Origin: Hemiscyllium ocellatum
Taxonomy: Eukaryota
Direction of reading: 5' to 3'
DNA: 64,000 bases
NCBI RefSeq assembly: GCF_020745735.1
Contig: NC_083420.1
Location: 29,326,001 to 29,390,000 of the forward strand
This document shows, in pieces, positions 11,411-25,496 of the stretch (position 1 is the first letter of the stretch; every line of letters begins with the position of its first letter). The notes under the pieces are model-generated. The model saw nothing but the letters and a program-made list of their open reading frames with translations. It did no database searches and was not told where the DNA came from. A program made the translations under genes and the position numbers.

Positions 11411-13109
11411 TGTTTGACAATGTGTTTTTCTTGCAGCTGGGTGTTATCACTCCACAACACCACACATCCTTGGATGTTCTTCCACACTTGCGGTGCATGA
11501 TTGGTATGCTGAATACTCGTCTGAGTTGGCTTTTGTTCCTTTGCAATGTAGCTCCACAGTCAGTAATATGATTTGGGCTGTTTGCATATTTTAGATATCT
11601 TTAGTATCCAAGAACCTTTGGATTTCTAACTTGCATTCTCTACCTTTGGGCAGTTTTGGGAGTTATCTACTTGCTCACTTGTCGTATATCTTTCACTCTT
11701 TTCTGTCTTCTCTGTCCTATTAGACAATTGTTTGCCGATAAAGTTGTTCATTCTTGCCTTTTGAGCATAATTTGTACTGGGAATGGTAATCCTTTCTCCA
11801 CTAGTATTGCATGAGATGGCAATGTGGAAATCTAGCTTTGTTCCTCAATACTTTTCCAAAGTGGAACTCAATGAGTTAGTCATTCCCTCAGAACTAATTA
11901 AAGTTTTTAGGAAGGGACTCTAGAACAAGAAAGGGGCAATATCATTGATGCATTAATTAAAGATGGACACAGTATGAAGTCATAGCAAGCTAACATCAAT
12001 TACATGTTTTACGTGACACGGTTACTAAAATGCACCAAACCATCAAAATCTCTAATAGTAATGGTTTGGCATATCTGCCCACAAGCTTTTCGGGGAAGTA
12101 AGTGGTACCAAGGAACATTGGGGATGTGTGTGCAGGAATCTGGTTCTAACAGTCAAGCCAGGCTCCAGAACAAAACGAAGGTGATCAACAAGACTGTACA
12201 ACACCATAACATCAAGTGTTTAAAAATGTTCACAAATGTAAACACATCTTTGATTTCATAGTTAACCAAGTGAACGGCAAATTTCAAAAGACGACAATGC
12301 CTTCCATATTGTTTAGCTCACATACACATTGACAGAATAAGTTATCAAAAGCTTTTACAACTCTTAATATTGTGTATCCTGGAAAGGCATGACGATACAC
12401 ACTAAAAGCTAAAGTCAACATTGGCAGGTGATACCAATCAAAACGTATGTACCTCAGCAAGAGGGCCTCCATGATATAGCCTATGACAGACCATCTCACA
12501 GTGCACTAGAGATCACCAATACTGTGCATTGGCCAATCTCACTGCAGTGCCAAAAGACAAGCTCATCTTGACTTCCAAAAATCTTCTAGCTGGCAGGTCC
12601 CAAAGGACCAGCAGTGGCAGGACTACCTTAATAGATATCTGTACAGTCACCATACAGCTTCTGACAAACTGGTCAATAGACCTTTAGAATTTCTGTCAGT
12701 CTGAGATGAGTAAGAGTTTGTTACTCCTGGACTTAATTATTACCTTGAGCTGATCTTCATGAACCTTCCAGATCTTTTCTGAATCTTTCTGATCATTGAT
12801 GGAAAGACCAGATATGTTTATTCTGCGCAGCCCTTTTTTTGCCGATGGCAAGAAAGATTTTTAGAGCTCTTTTATCATTTGATCTATAAAATAGCATTGC
12901 ATACATTATTTGAACAGTTATAATTTTGTAAGGTTGTCGCTGTAAAACCACTCCATAATGGGGTTTCTGCTATTTATGATTCCACTTTAATAATTATAGA
13001 CTGTACCATCTTAAACTGTGGGCCTCTGACTTCTGTCTGCATGATTAAAAATATTCACTTTGCAACTGCTGTTCTGACAAATTGTTACTCATGTATTCGT
13101 TGCTAGGGG

Positions 13110-13388
13110 AACTGAGTGTTCTAGCCTCAGGTTCTGAATGGCATTGCACTGGCTTTGTCCTGCAAAAAATAGCTTTGAAATTAAAAGTCTCATCACCATT
13201 GTCAATGATCAGAATCCCCACCCAGTTCACTAATGCCAACAAGGGAAGGTAACTGCCACCCTTAGCTGGTCTAGTCTATATTTGATTCCAGACCCACAAC
13301 AATGTGGTTGACTCTTAATTGCCCTGTGGGGAATTAGGGATGGGAAATAAATGATTGCCTTGCCATTCCATGAATGACAGAAAAAAAT
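13110..13388 (+). mobile_element. tRNA-derived SINE, second family
   Basis: Core CAGTTCACTAATG..GGGAAGG..CTGCC..CCTTA.CTGGTCT..TGATTCCAGACCCACAACAATGTGGTTGACTCTTAA is shared with 48117-48425. Further decayed copies at ~25040-25255 (-), 52310-52540 and 54850-55165. Confidence 0.7.
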
Positions 13389-13790
13389 CTCACAAATACA
13401 CTTCAACATTTTCTTCTCCTTTATTTATGTAAGGAAATCTCAGAAATCTACTTCGTCTTTAATTAATTTATATTCTAATCAAAAATAATTTTTTTTGGTG
13501 GTTAATGCCCTCCCTACAGATCTGAACAGCTCTCTGTACTTACAGAAACTAATACTACTTAAAGGAGAGGATTTCTGACTTTGTTCGTGTTCTCTTTTGT
13601 CCAAAGCTGTTGTCTGGTTCACCTTCAGTTAATTTTTCAAATAACTCCCACTAAGATATTGAAGTCATTCCATATTCAGTTGCTTCCAGCAGGGTGTTTA
13701 CCTGATGTGACAAAGCTTACTGACATTAAAACTGAGTGTACATATTTAATAGTTATGATATAGGAGCCTCGTTATAGTACAGTGTCATTC

Positions 13791-15430
13791 ATAAAGTCAT
13801 AGAGTCATAGAGATGTACAGCATGGAAACAAACCCTTCAGTCCAACCCGTCAATGCCAACCAGATATCCCAACCCAATCAAGTCCCACCTGCCAGCACCT
13901 GGCCCATATCCCTCCAAACCTTTCCTATTCATATACCCATCCAAATGCCTCTTAAATGTGGCAATTGTACCAGCCTCCACCACTTCCTCTGGCAGCTCAT
14001 TCCATACACGTGCCACCCTCTGCGTGAAAACGTTGCGCCGTAGGTCTCTTTTATATCTTTCCCCTCTCACCCTAAACCTATGCCCTCTAGTTCTGGACTC
14101 CCTGACCCCAGGGAAAAGACTTTGCATATTTACCCCATCCATGCCCCTCATAATTTTGTGAACCTCCATAAGGTCACCCCTCAGCCTCCAACGTTCCAGG
14201 GAAAACAGCCCCAGCCTGTTCAACCTCTCCCTATAGCTCAAATCCTCCAACCCTTGCAACATCCTTGTAAATCTTTTCTGAACCCTTTCAAGTTTCACAA
14301 CATCTTTCCGAAAGGAAGGAGACCAGAATTGTACACAATATTCCAACGGTGGCCTAACCAATGTCTTGTACAGCTGCAATATGACCTCCCAACACCTGTA
14401 CTCAATACTCTGACCAATAAAGAAAAGCAAACCAAATGCTTTCTTCACTATCCTATCTACCTGCAAATCCACTTTCAAGGAGCTATGAACCTGCACTCCA
14501 AGGTGTCTTTGTTCAGCAACACTCCCTAGGACCTTACCATTAAGTGTATAAGTCCTGCTAAGATTTGCTTTCCCAAAATGCAGTACCTCGCATTTATCTG
14601 AATTAAACTCCATCTGCCACTTCTCAGCCCATTGGCACATCTGGTCCAGATCCTGTTGTAATCTGTGGTAACCCTCTTCGCTATCCACTACACCTCCAAT
14701 TTTGGTGTAATCTGCAAGCTTACTAACTGTATCTCTTATGCTCACATCCAAATCATTTATGTAAATAACAAAAAGTAGAGGGCCCAGCACCGATCCTTGT
14801 GGCACTCCACTAGTCACAGGCTTCCAGTTGAAAAACAACCCTCCATCACCACCGTCTGTCTTCTACCTTTGAGCCAGTTCTGTATCCAAATGGCTAGTTC
14901 TCCCTGTATTCCATGAGATCTAACCTTGCTAATCAGTCTACCATGGGGAATCTTGTCGAATGCCTTACTGAAGTCCATATAGATCACATGTACCACTCTG
15001 CCCTCATCAATCCTCTTTGTTACTTCTTCAAAAAAACTCAATCAAGTTTGTGAGACATGATTTCCCATGCACAAAGCCATGTTGACTATCCCTAATCAGT
15101 CCTTGCCTTTCCAAATATATGTACATCCTGTCCCTTAGGATTCCCTCCAACAACTTGCCCACCACCGACGTCAGGCTCACTGGTCTATAGTTCCCTGGCT
15201 TGTCCTTACCACCCTTCTTAAACAGTGGCAACACATTAGCCAATCTCCAGTCTTCCAGCACCTCACCTGTGACTATCGATGATACAAATATTTCAGCAAG
15301 AGGCCCAGCAATCACTTCCCTAGCTTCCACAGAGTTCTAGGGTACACCTGATCAGGTCCTGGGGAGTTATCCACTTTTATGTATTTCGAGACATCCAGCA
15401 CTTCCTCCTCTGTAATGTGGACATTTTCCC
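13791..15430 (-). mobile_element. CR1 LINE, 5'-truncated ORF2 (reverse transcriptase) with frameshifts
   Basis: ORFs 15028-15330, 14814-15041 and 13837-14838 give PGNYRPVSLTS, QHGF, YMDFSKAFDK, GVPQGSVLGPLLF, and LADY (mutated FADD). 3' tail (ATAGAGTC)n at 13791-13812. Confidence 0.96.
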
Positions 15431-17339
15431 CTACAAGTGAACTGAGATATGGTGGAGTGTGAGATCATGTTACCCTCGGGTCACATACTATGATGTAGAG
15501 ATGATATCCTAATTGCATTTCTTAGAAGTATACTGACCGTGACACATAACACAATAATGCAGAAAATAGTTTAAAAATCATAAATATCAAGATTGCCATA
15601 AAGTTGCATTATAACATATATTTATAAAATACTTGTAACATATAAAACATACACAAGTTCAGAACTGAAAAGATCAAAAAGAAATAGTTACTGAAATGAA
15701 GGAATGGTCAATCCATAATGGAAGACAAAGTAGATTATGTTCACATCTTTTGAGAAGATTGCAGAAAGGGAGGTGAAATTTGGGATGAATCCAGAGAGTT
15801 GGGCTGAGGCAGCTGAAGATTCTAACAATGAAAGGAATGAGAGGGAATTTGCCAAAGGTCAGAACTAGCTGGTTGAAAGGCGCAGGAAGGACATGAAAGT
15901 GTAAGGGGTTGTGGGAAAAGTTCAAGATGAAGACTAAGAGTTTAATTTAGATATTTTTGCAGACAGGGAGCTATTGTAGTGGAAAACTGAATATGGGTCG
16001 CTGAAATCTAGGAAAAAAGAGCAAAGGGCAGAAACCAGAAACCTGTAAGGGCCTGAGCAACATGGGCTATGGTGGGAAATGAAGCAAATTCACCCCTGAA
16101 GACTGGTGAAGCATATATTGAAGCCAGAAGCAACTTGTTGCATCTTTTCACTCAGTTCCAGGCATCAAGGTGAGATTTTCACTGTGCAGTGACTGTTTTT
16201 CAATTAAGAGAAATTATTGACTTTAAGCGACCTTCTCATTATTAATATACAGCAGTCTCTCATTCCATCTGTTACGAACCAACTAGACATTGAGAATCTG
16301 GACATGGAAGCCGGATTGGGTACCGTCTGACTTCCTCTCGGTGCTGGTAAACAGCCTCCACAATCACCGCAACAATATCTCAGGGCATGATCCATGGGCA
16401 CCAGCTGCATACACCATTGTCCATGGATGTTTGTGTTCAATGATTGTCAGTGGTATCTAATAATTGTCAACCCCTCAGGATCCTCATGGCACCTCGCCAC
16501 TTGCAGCATGCTTAGGAGGTTGAGACACACTGTATAACTACTAATGACTTTTCAAATTCAGTCATCCCTTACTGATATTAGTACAGAAGATTAAAAAGGG
16601 ATGTTAATTTATATCAATTGTTATAATATTTGTAATATGAACTCTAATATACAGTTAAACCTAATACTATGATTCTGTGACATAGCTAACAATTTTGGGA
16701 GCAGCTTCCCTTCAATCTGACTTGCAAAGTGCCGGTTGTTTATTCTCTCAAGGTTATAGTGACTGTTTCAAAATTGTTTCTGCCCCTTTGCTACATTGTT
16801 TGTCTCTTGGTACTCTTACAAGGTTTTCTTGTTTAAACCTTTTTGTTATTCTAAGCTTCTTGCTAACAGAGAAAAAAGTTTCTTCAAGTCTCCGCATCCA
16901 AGGTTAGCTTCCTTCAAAAATTTATGGTGACATATGTCACCAGTCAGGGGGCTGCATTGAGAGTGGTCCTTTCTGCTCAGTCATATCTAGAAGCCGTTTG
17001 TCAAAAGTTAGTCAATGATTACAGTTATGGAGATCTAAGCATTGAGCGGGGAGGAGGGTGGAATGGGTGCTGCTGAGAAAAAAGGGAATAGGTTCTTTCC
17101 CGAAAAGAGGGTGGGATGATCAAGGCAAGAGGGAAAACAGAGGCATGTGTCGAGGTGGGGACAAGTGACACTGATGAGGGAAAGTGAAAGTTTAAGGGGG
17201 GTATATGTTACTGGCTGGAACGACATTGCATGTTATGAGAGGGATGTCGTTATCAATAACTGGAGACTCTCAATAACACTATCTCCTTCCAGACTGCCTC
17301 AGATCAATATTTTTAGACACTGTTCTTAGATGAGCTGCA

Positions 17340-17430
17340 GCTGAAAAATGTGTTGCTGGAAAAGCACAGCAGGTCAGGCAGCATCAAAGGAGCAGGAGAA
17401 TCGATGTTTCGGGCATAAGCCCTTCTTCAC
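17340..17430 (-). mobile_element. Penelope-derived mini-element with truncated hammerhead core
   Basis: Reverse complement reads TGAAGAAGGGCTTATGCCCGAAACATCGATTCTCCTGCTCC...CAGCAACACATTTTTCAGC. Confidence 0.8.
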
Positions 17431-18199
17431 TGTTGCAGTCTTGGATTTAAAACTCCATGATAGCAGTCAATTACACAGGTAGATCCCAAATCCTTTTTGG
17501 GCCTCTGAAGACTCATATACCCAATGGCTGCTTCTGCAATGGTCTAAATCAAAGGTGCAGGTACTTGTCCAAACTTTTCATTGGTATACCAAACTGTGCT
17601 GCCTACAGGATAATGATACATATTAATTATTAAGTTTCATTATTTGACAGAAAAGTAAAATAAAGAGTAATTATTCTATTAGTCACATTATTCAATAAAT
17701 TTCACAGTTAACATTCAAAGAAGTTGAACATATCACGGTTTGTCTTAAACCAAATGGCCTAGAAATGTATTGCTGCCACACTAATAGTGAACAATGTCAT
17801 GTGCACACATGCCCATTTAATGTCAAAAGTATTTAACATATCACATTTGATTAGGTTCCTCTGCGTGCACACAGTGCATGATCCACAAACATTCAGAGCA
17901 GGAATTAAGTATGTAATTGAGCATGTACTGCTTCCTGTCAGACTCTTCTGTGAAACTTTGCAAACCTGTTCAGCAACTCATGACACTAACAGGTATTAAG
18001 AATGTTTCAGCAGGGCTGTTTGAAAAGGTCATGTCCAGGATAGTTGCAGGTTTGCCCTTTTATACTGCTGCCTGACATTCGACCATTTATTTTCTGTTTT
18101 CTCTTTTCTACAATTACCATTCTGACCTATTGACCTACGACCTTCTCCAGAGGCCCCAGTATCATAGATGCCAGTCTTCCACTGATTTGATTCACTCTA

Positions 18200-18375
18200 T
18201 GTGATATTAAAATAACAGCTGAATTCACTGGATACCGCAAAGGCTATGGGCCCTGACAACATTCTGGCCATAGTACTGGAGCCTTCTGCCAACAACACTG
18301 TCATCTACGCAGCAATGTGGAGAATTGCCCAGGTATGTCCTGTCTCATAAAAGCAGGACAAATCTAACCAGTTTA
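18200..18375 (+). mobile_element. Non-LTR (L2/CR1-group) RT fragment
   Basis: Reads KAMGPDNILAIVL..MWRIAQVCPV..KQDKSNQ. A fragment that may belong to the same family (QGHSAPDLVTALVQ..VRVTAFD) lies at ~44060-44160. Confidence 0.65.
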
Positions 18376-19739
18376 AAACCATTTTGACTCCTTGGGAGCA
18401 ATGCCATTGTGCTGACTTTTGAGGTGCAAGTTGTGGCTGCAACAGATGCTATCGCGCTGTGATAGTGTTTTTGATGAAACACAGCCTCTGACATTGATCC
18501 TTGGTAGTGTTGAGGTCAGGAAAGTGCCCCTTACGTTGCTGTGGAAATACCTTGCTGGGCAAAGTCCTATTTCTCCTTATTGACTGGGGTGCTCCTGTTG
18601 TCCTTTGTGTTCTTAGTTGGTCTCCCTCATTCTCAAGGCACAAAGGGGTATCGAAGGAGTTCCAAATTGCAGTGGGCAAGATCAGTGACATCTCCTAGAA
18701 TAATTTCATTCGTGCATCAGGCAGTTTAACAAACCTCCCTGCACCTTGAGAAATACCTGGATTTCTTCATTTATGGTCAATGTGAAATAGCAGAAGGTTT
18801 CACCGATATTACAAACTTTCCCAGGTCCAGGAGCTGAATGCACATTGCTTTGTGTTTTCCATTACAATCTTGGCTTTTTGCCGAATAAGATGCAGTTCCA
18901 ATTTCTCAGATGCCAGCTTGTTTACAATCACAGGCAGCTCTCTGATCCATTTTCTGGAATTCGTCTTAACTCATCCTACCTACGTTTTTGTGCTGGAATA
19001 ATTCTAACCAGACTATCAGGTTACATACTTGTTGACTTACTGTGAAAGTCGGTTATTCATTTTGTGATGATCTTCAGACAGTTTAAATCAAATTGTTTGA
19101 ACATTATTTTGCTGACTCATTAAGGTACAGGAGAGGATAAAGGGCTGTTCCTCATTAGCAATACAAGGCCTGAAGATAAGGTGACCCTATAGGAGTAGGA
19201 AGTCACAAAGGACGCAACGAAGTTATCAGAATGGAAAATATCGGTTATACAGCATCGTGAGGCAAAATTACTTTAGCAGTTAATATTTTAATAGTTGTAG
19301 TACAAATACAAAACAATATGCAATTACAAGAGATATAATATCAAAATATTGAGGTGCGTTTAAATGACACTAGTCAGAGATGGTTTTTTTTACACCTACT
19401 GACTATTTGACCTGCGCTTTGGCTTAACATCGCCAAAAAGGAACAGAATTTGAAATTGCACATCCTGTAAGAGCTGTTTTACATTCTGTGGCATTTTTAC
19501 ATTCCTTGTAGATGTCCTACCTGCACTCAAAAAGAAAACAATGGCTTGCACTTTGAACATAATACAGATCACCTTTTCTGTTTGGATGTAAACATAGAAA
19601 ATGTTTTGAATGAAACGTGTTGTTAAAGTTCCCATTACAGTTTTTTTTGATAGCACTACTTTCATATTACATTGAATTTCAAATCTTATGTGCATTCATT
19701 TAGTTAGCATCATAACTCTGGCAACAATATTCACAGAAA

Positions 19740-20046
19740 ATGGAGAGAATAGGACCCGAGGGCACAGCCTTAGAGTAACGATCTTTTAGAACGGAGACAG
19801 GGAGAAACGTTTTCAACCAGAATGTGGTGAACCTATGGCATTCACTGTCACAGAAGGCTGTGTGGCCAGGTCATTGAGTATATTTAAGACTGAGATAGAT
19901 AGGTTCTTGAATATCAAGTGAACCAAGGGTTATGGGGAGAAAGTAGAGGATGGAGTTGAGAAACTTATCAGCCTTAATTGAATGGAGGAGCAGATTCGAT
20001 GGGCTGAATGGCATAATTTCGATCCTATATCTTATGGTCTTATGGT
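19740..20046 (+). mobile_element. CR1 LINE 3'-terminal fragment
   Basis: GGGCACAGCCTTAGAG..GTGGTGAACCTATGG..TTTAAGACTGAGATAGATAGGTTCTTG..GATGGGCTGAATGGC..(CTTATGGT)n tail. Confidence 0.8.
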
Positions 20047-20681
20047 CTGCTCTGGCTGTCTGATTAATGATCATTACAACTTGATAGTAATGATAATTAA
20101 ACATAATGTATGATGGCTGAGTGTCATTCTCCTGCTTTTTCCCTATAATTTTGAATATCATTTCTATTAAACAAATCAGCTACTTGGAATAGATAGATAG
20201 ACAGACAGTTAGACACACAGACAAATAGAAAGAACAAAGCACTGATGTTTTTGTATCAACACTAGTGTCAAAAGTGTTAGTATCAAAAGTTTTAGTAACA
20301 TGTTCTGGATATTTCTCTCTGGTTGATATACTATTTATTATTTAAGAATTTAGTAGATGCCTTTATCCAAGGAAACTCATTACATACTCTGAGCTGCACC
20401 TCACCCATAGACATTTAATTGAATTGACAGTACATTTTTTTTTAATGATTGCAAAGTGTGATCAAACTGTTTTTATTGTCAGAGAAAGGAAATAACTTCA
20501 TTTGACCAGTTCTGAAGAACAATATAAGCCAGAAATCAAAGTCATTGCTAGTAGAGAAAACAATGAGATGAAAGATAGAAAAGTCTTCCAGTAAGTGAGG
20601 AAATTTATTCATGATTTGCAAACTCTCTTGATTCAGGAATGTCACTTTGGATTGGAAAATTGCCAATGTCAGTCCATTGTT

Positions 20682-22920
20682 TAGAACATAGAACATAGAA
20701 AGGTACAGCACAGAACAGATCCTTTGCTCCACGATGTTGTACTGAGATTTAATCCTAATGTAAAATATACTAACTTAACCTCAGCTCACTGCTGTCCATG
20801 TGTATGTCCAGCAGTCACTTAAATGTCCCCAATGACTCTGCTTCCATCACCGCAGCTGGCAACGCATTCCATCATTCACAACTCTCTGCGTAAAGAACCT
20901 ACCTCTGATGTCTCCTTTACACCTTCCTCCTAATATCTTCAAACTATGACTCCTCGTACCAGTTAATCCTGCCCCGGGGAGAAGTCTCTGGCTATTGACT
21001 CTATCTATTCCACTCATTATTTTGTACACCTCGTTCAGGTCTCCTCTCTTCTTCCTTCTCTCCAGAGAGAAAGTCCGACCTCGTTCAAGCTTTCTTCATA
21101 AGGCAAGCCCTCCAGTTCAGGCAGCATCCTGGTAAACCTTCTTTGCACCCTCTCCAAAGCCTCTTTATCTTTCCTATAGTAGGGCAACCAGAACTGGACA
21201 CAATATTCCAAGTGTGGTCTCACCAGGGACTTGTAGAGCTGCAGCAAAACCTCACAGCTCTTAAACTTGAACCCCATGTTAATGAATGCCAAAGCACCAT
21301 ATACTTTCTTAACAACCCTATCCACTTGGGTGGCAACTTTGAGGGATCTATGTACTTGTATATCCAGATCCCTCTGTTCCTCCACACTGCCAAGAATCCT
21401 GTCTTCAATCCTATATTCAGCATTCGAGTTTGACCTTCCAAAATGCATCACTTCGCATTTATCCAGGTTTAACTCCATCTGCCATTTCTCAGCCCAGCTC
21501 TGCATCCTGTCTATGTCATGCTGCAGCCTGCGATAGCCCTCTAGCTATCGACAACACCTCCAACCTCCAACCTTTGTGTCATCTATAAATTTACTAACCC
21601 ACCCCTCAACCTCCTCATCCAAGTCATTTATAAAAACTACAAATGGCAGAGGCCCAAGAACAGAGCCCTGCGGGACCCCACTCAACACTGACCTCCAGGC
21701 AGAAAACTTTCCATCTACAACCACTCTCTGCCTTTTGTCAGCCAGCCAATTCTGAATCCAGATTGCTAAATCTCCCTGTATCCCATATCTCCTGACTTTA
21801 TAAATGAGCTTACCACGGGGAACCTTATCAAGTGCCTTGCTGAAGTCCATATACACCACATCCACTGCTAGACCGTCGTCAACCTGTCTTGACACCTCCT
21901 CAAAGAATTCAGTAAGATTTGTGAGGCATGACCTGCCCCTCACAAAGCCATGCTGACTGCCTTTAATCACACTATGCTTTGCCAAATAGTCATAAACCCT
22001 ATCCCTCAGAATTCTTTCCAAAACTTTGCTGACTACAGACGTAAGACTGACTGGTCTGCAATTGCCAGGGATTTCCCTATTACTCTTCCTGAAAAGAGGA
22101 ACAACATTCATCTCCTTCCAATCCTCCAATATGACTCCTGTGGTGAGTGAGGAAGCAAGTATCCTGGCCAGCGGCTGAGCAACCTCCTTTCTCGCTTTCC
22201 GGAGCAGCCTAGGGTAAATCTGGTCTGGCCCGGGGAACTTATCAATTTTAATGTTTTCCAAAATTTCTAGCACATCAACTTCATCAATCTTGATCTGGTT
22301 AATGCTACTTTCTCCCCACTCCCACCCTCCTCTCATTTATCTTTCCACCCTTCATGGCACTCTGCCTGTATTCCTGATGAAGGGTTTTTGCCTGAAACTT
22401 CAATTTTACTGCTCCTCAGATGCTGCCTGAACTGCTGTGTTCTTCTAGCACTACTCTAACCTAAACTCTGGTTTCCAACATCTACAGTCATTGTTTTTAC
22501 CTACATACTGAGTAAGGAAACCCTCCTGAACACACCTGACAAAAACAGCTCCATCCAAACCATCTGCACTTAGGAGGTTCCAGTCGATATTGGGAAAGTT
22601 GAAATCACCCATAACAACAACCCTGCTACTTCTGCATTTTTCCAGAATCTGCCTGCCTATGAGATCTTCAATCTCTCTACTGCTATTAGGTGGTCTGTAG
22701 AAAACTCCAATGCGGTGGCTGTTCCCTTGTTGTTCCTAACTTCCACCTATACTGACTCAGTAGACAAACCATCCTCAACAACCTTCGTTTCTGTAGCTGT
22801 GGTGCACCCTTTGATTAGCAATGCTACACCATCCTCCCTGTTCTTTTTAAATGTTCTAAACCCTGGAACATTAAGCAACCATTCTTGCCCCTGTGAAACC
22901 CACATCGCCGTTATGGCCAC
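20682..22920 (-). mobile_element. CR1 LINE ORF2 (APE endonuclease plus RT), internally deleted and interrupted by a Penelope fragment
   Basis: APE motif VVVMGDFNFPNIDW at ~22580-22622; RT ORF 21545-22336 (YMDFSKALDK, GVPQGSVLGP, FIDDTK); C-terminal ORFs 21035-21505 and 20847-21029; (AGAACAT)n tail. Confidence 0.95.
22305..22502 (+). mobile_element. Penelope-like 3' UTR fragment with hammerhead motif, nested in CR1
   Basis: C/T-rich tract, then CCTGATGAAGGGTTTTTGCCTGAAACTTC (core 22374-22401), AGATGCTGCCTGAACTGCTGTG and a ..CATCTACAGTCATTGTTTTTACC terminus. Confidence 0.8.
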
Positions 22921-23224
22921 TTTAAGAAGTGTGTAAGTGGGAAAGTAGAAATGTACAGGCCTCTTATTTTCATGTTTGGTGCAGGAAGGTTACTTGAACC
23001 TGTTATTAGGGACAGACTGATTGAACACTTGGAAAAACAACAAATGGATGAGAAAATGCTAACATATATCTGGGAATCAAATCTGGGAATCTGGTTGAAT
23101 ATTTTAATGTAACTGAAGAGGTAGAAAAGCAAATGTCTGTGGATATTTGGTTGCATATACTTCCAGATGTAATTCAATTCAATTCCATAATAAAGATTAT
23201 TTGTGAAATGTAAGCAAAAGGATG

Positions 23225-24085
23225 TGTCATAAGGTGCAAGATTTTTATTAAAATATAGTATAATTTATTTTGGGGTTTGGACTTCAGCTAATGCCACGAG
23301 GGCTTGTGTCTCTGTGTCTGAAAAGGTTTAATGATTAACTTGTAAGTATTTTTGTGAGCATGGTGCTTTCTATTAAAAACAAAATGAGAGAGAGTTCCTG
23401 CTATGGATTTCTTTTTTGTTTTCATTGGGAGAGTTTTTACAAATAAATAAAGTAAACAAAGGAAATGTATACATCAGGCTCTTGGATTTGAAGATCAGAG
23501 TTAATATTTTCCTTATGATTAGGGAAACATCCACAACTTGGAAAGAAAGGTTTTGGTTTTCAGACTGGCAGTTTTGCAGGGCTGAAGATGAATATGTAAA
23601 CTGCTGTTCCTTATGAAAAGACATGGAGTAAAACTGTTTGAAAATTGGTACCTCAATATAAGTCTTTTTGTTTTGAATGTTTCAGACCAGAAGCGTTTGG
23701 TTATAACCTTGAAGGATTTACTTCATGCTTAGCTCATTTATAAGTAGGCTCTAGGAAGGAGCTACCAGATTTTCAGGAAGGGGAATTGAAAATAAGCCCT
23801 ACAGATGTGAAAGAAAAGGGAATCCTCCCCAAATCAAGCACTGTAAAATTGTCCTTTTGGGATTATGGACTTACATTTTACTGTGTTTTGAAATATTTAA
23901 ATCTGTGTTATATGTGAATAGTTTCATTTATACTGTATTATTTTCATGTATTTTATGTAATAAACTTCTACATGCATTGTGTTTCAGTGAAAATCTACCT
24001 TATTAAAAACAAAAAAAACCTATTAAGCCAGATTACCACCTGGGATCTGAGTTGTCTAGTAATCACATCAGCTGAGATCATAACA
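23225..24085 (+). mobile_element. Possible solo LTR
   Basis: TGTCATAA...TCATAACA termini and an internal AATAAA (~23959); no clear TSD. Confidence 0.35.
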
Positions 24086-24142
24086 TGGAATTGGAGTCAA
24101 ACGGAAAGAATTGGTGAGGAGATAGCAAACTGAGTGCCTGAG

Positions 24143-24460
24143 ATGGCATTGTGGCTCAGTGGTTAGCACTGTTACCTCACAGTACCAAGGACCTGGGTTC
24201 AATTCCAGCCTTTAACGACTGTCTGTGTGGAAATTTGTAAATTCTCTCATATCTCCATAGTTTTCCTCTCAATGCTTTAAACCCATCCCATGGAAAGGTG
24301 TGTACATTGGAGTGAATTGGCCAATCTAAATTGCCCATTGTCCAGGGATGCCTAGACTAGGTAGATTAGCCAATGGAAATGAAGAAGTGGTTGTGGGGGG
24401 AGGTGGGGGTGAGTCTAGATGGGATGCCATTTGAGGGGTCAGTGTGGACTTGATTGAATG
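24143..24460 (+). mobile_element. HE1-type V-SINE (diverged)
   Basis: A box GTGGCTCAGTGG, B box GGGTTCAATTCC, and GAATTGGCCA..TAAATTGCCC core. Confidence 0.8.
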
Positions 24461-24581
24461 ACTTGATTCAATCTTTGGTAAGTTGTGATTAGTGCTGCCC
24501 CCTGGGGATTGAGACTGGAGTGTCACTTAGCTGAAAAAATAGCAAGCAGTACACACAACAGTGTTCAGAGCATGGAGGTAA

Positions 24582-24990
24582 ATAAGACCATAAGACATAG
24601 GAGTGGAAGTAAGGCCATTCGGCCCATCAAGTCCACTCCACCATTCAATCATGGCTGAAGGGCATTTCAACTCCACTTACCAGCATTCTCCCCGTAGCCC
24701 TTAATTCCTTGTGACATCAAGAATCTATTAATCTCTGCCTTGAAGACATTTAGCGTCCTGGCCTCCACTGTACTCTGCGGCAATGAATTCCACAGGACCA
24801 CCACTCTCTAGCTGAGGAAAGTCTCCGCATTTCTGTTCTGAATTGACCCCCTCCAATTCTAAGGCTGTGTCCATGGGTCCTAGTCTCCTCGCCTAACGGA
24901 AACAATTTCCTAGCGTCTACCCTTTCCAAGCCATGTATTATCTTGTAAGTTTCTATTAAGTCTCCCCTTAATCTTCTAAACTCCAATGAC
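24582..24990 (-). mobile_element. CR1 LINE 3' fragment
   Basis: ORF 24750-24986 reads LEFRRLRGDLIETYKI..TRTHGHSLRI, followed by a CR1 3' UTR. Confidence 0.9.
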
Positions 24991-25496
24991 TACGGTACAG
25001 TAAGTGAAGACAATTAAGAATCAACCACATTGCTATGGTTCTAGAGTCACATGTAGACAGGTAAGGGCAGCAGATTTCCTTCTCTAAAGCTCTTAGTGAA
25101 CCAGATAGGTATTTATGACAATTAACAGTGGTCATTGCTAAGCTATTTTTAAGCTCCAGATTTTATTGAATTTGGCCATCTGCAATGGTGGAATATGAAC
25201 CTAGAATATTAGTCTAGAACTTTGAATTACTAGTCTAATACTGTTACCACCACTACACAGTACTAATTCTATCAGTCTGGTGCTGCTTTCTTTCCCCCTT
25301 CTGGGCTACTCAACGTGAATATACCTAAAAACCTTTTCTAAACAAAAATTATTTCCATTTGTCTCACTACATTTACTGTAATTCCTCATTTGATATCAGT
25401 ACCAAAACTATTTTAAATTCCTGCCTTTTCTAGGCATGCTTTTAGCAATTATCAGTGTTTTATATGTTAACCACATGGGTGGGGTGCTGTTTGAGT

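Noticed and set aside
11440-12700. Faint LTR-retrotransposon-like peptide fragments
   Set aside because: Too degenerate to assign by eye.
13837-14838. 333-aa RT ORF as an active or domesticated gene
   Set aside because: 5'-truncated, frameshifted upstream, and the catalytic FADD is mutated to LADY.
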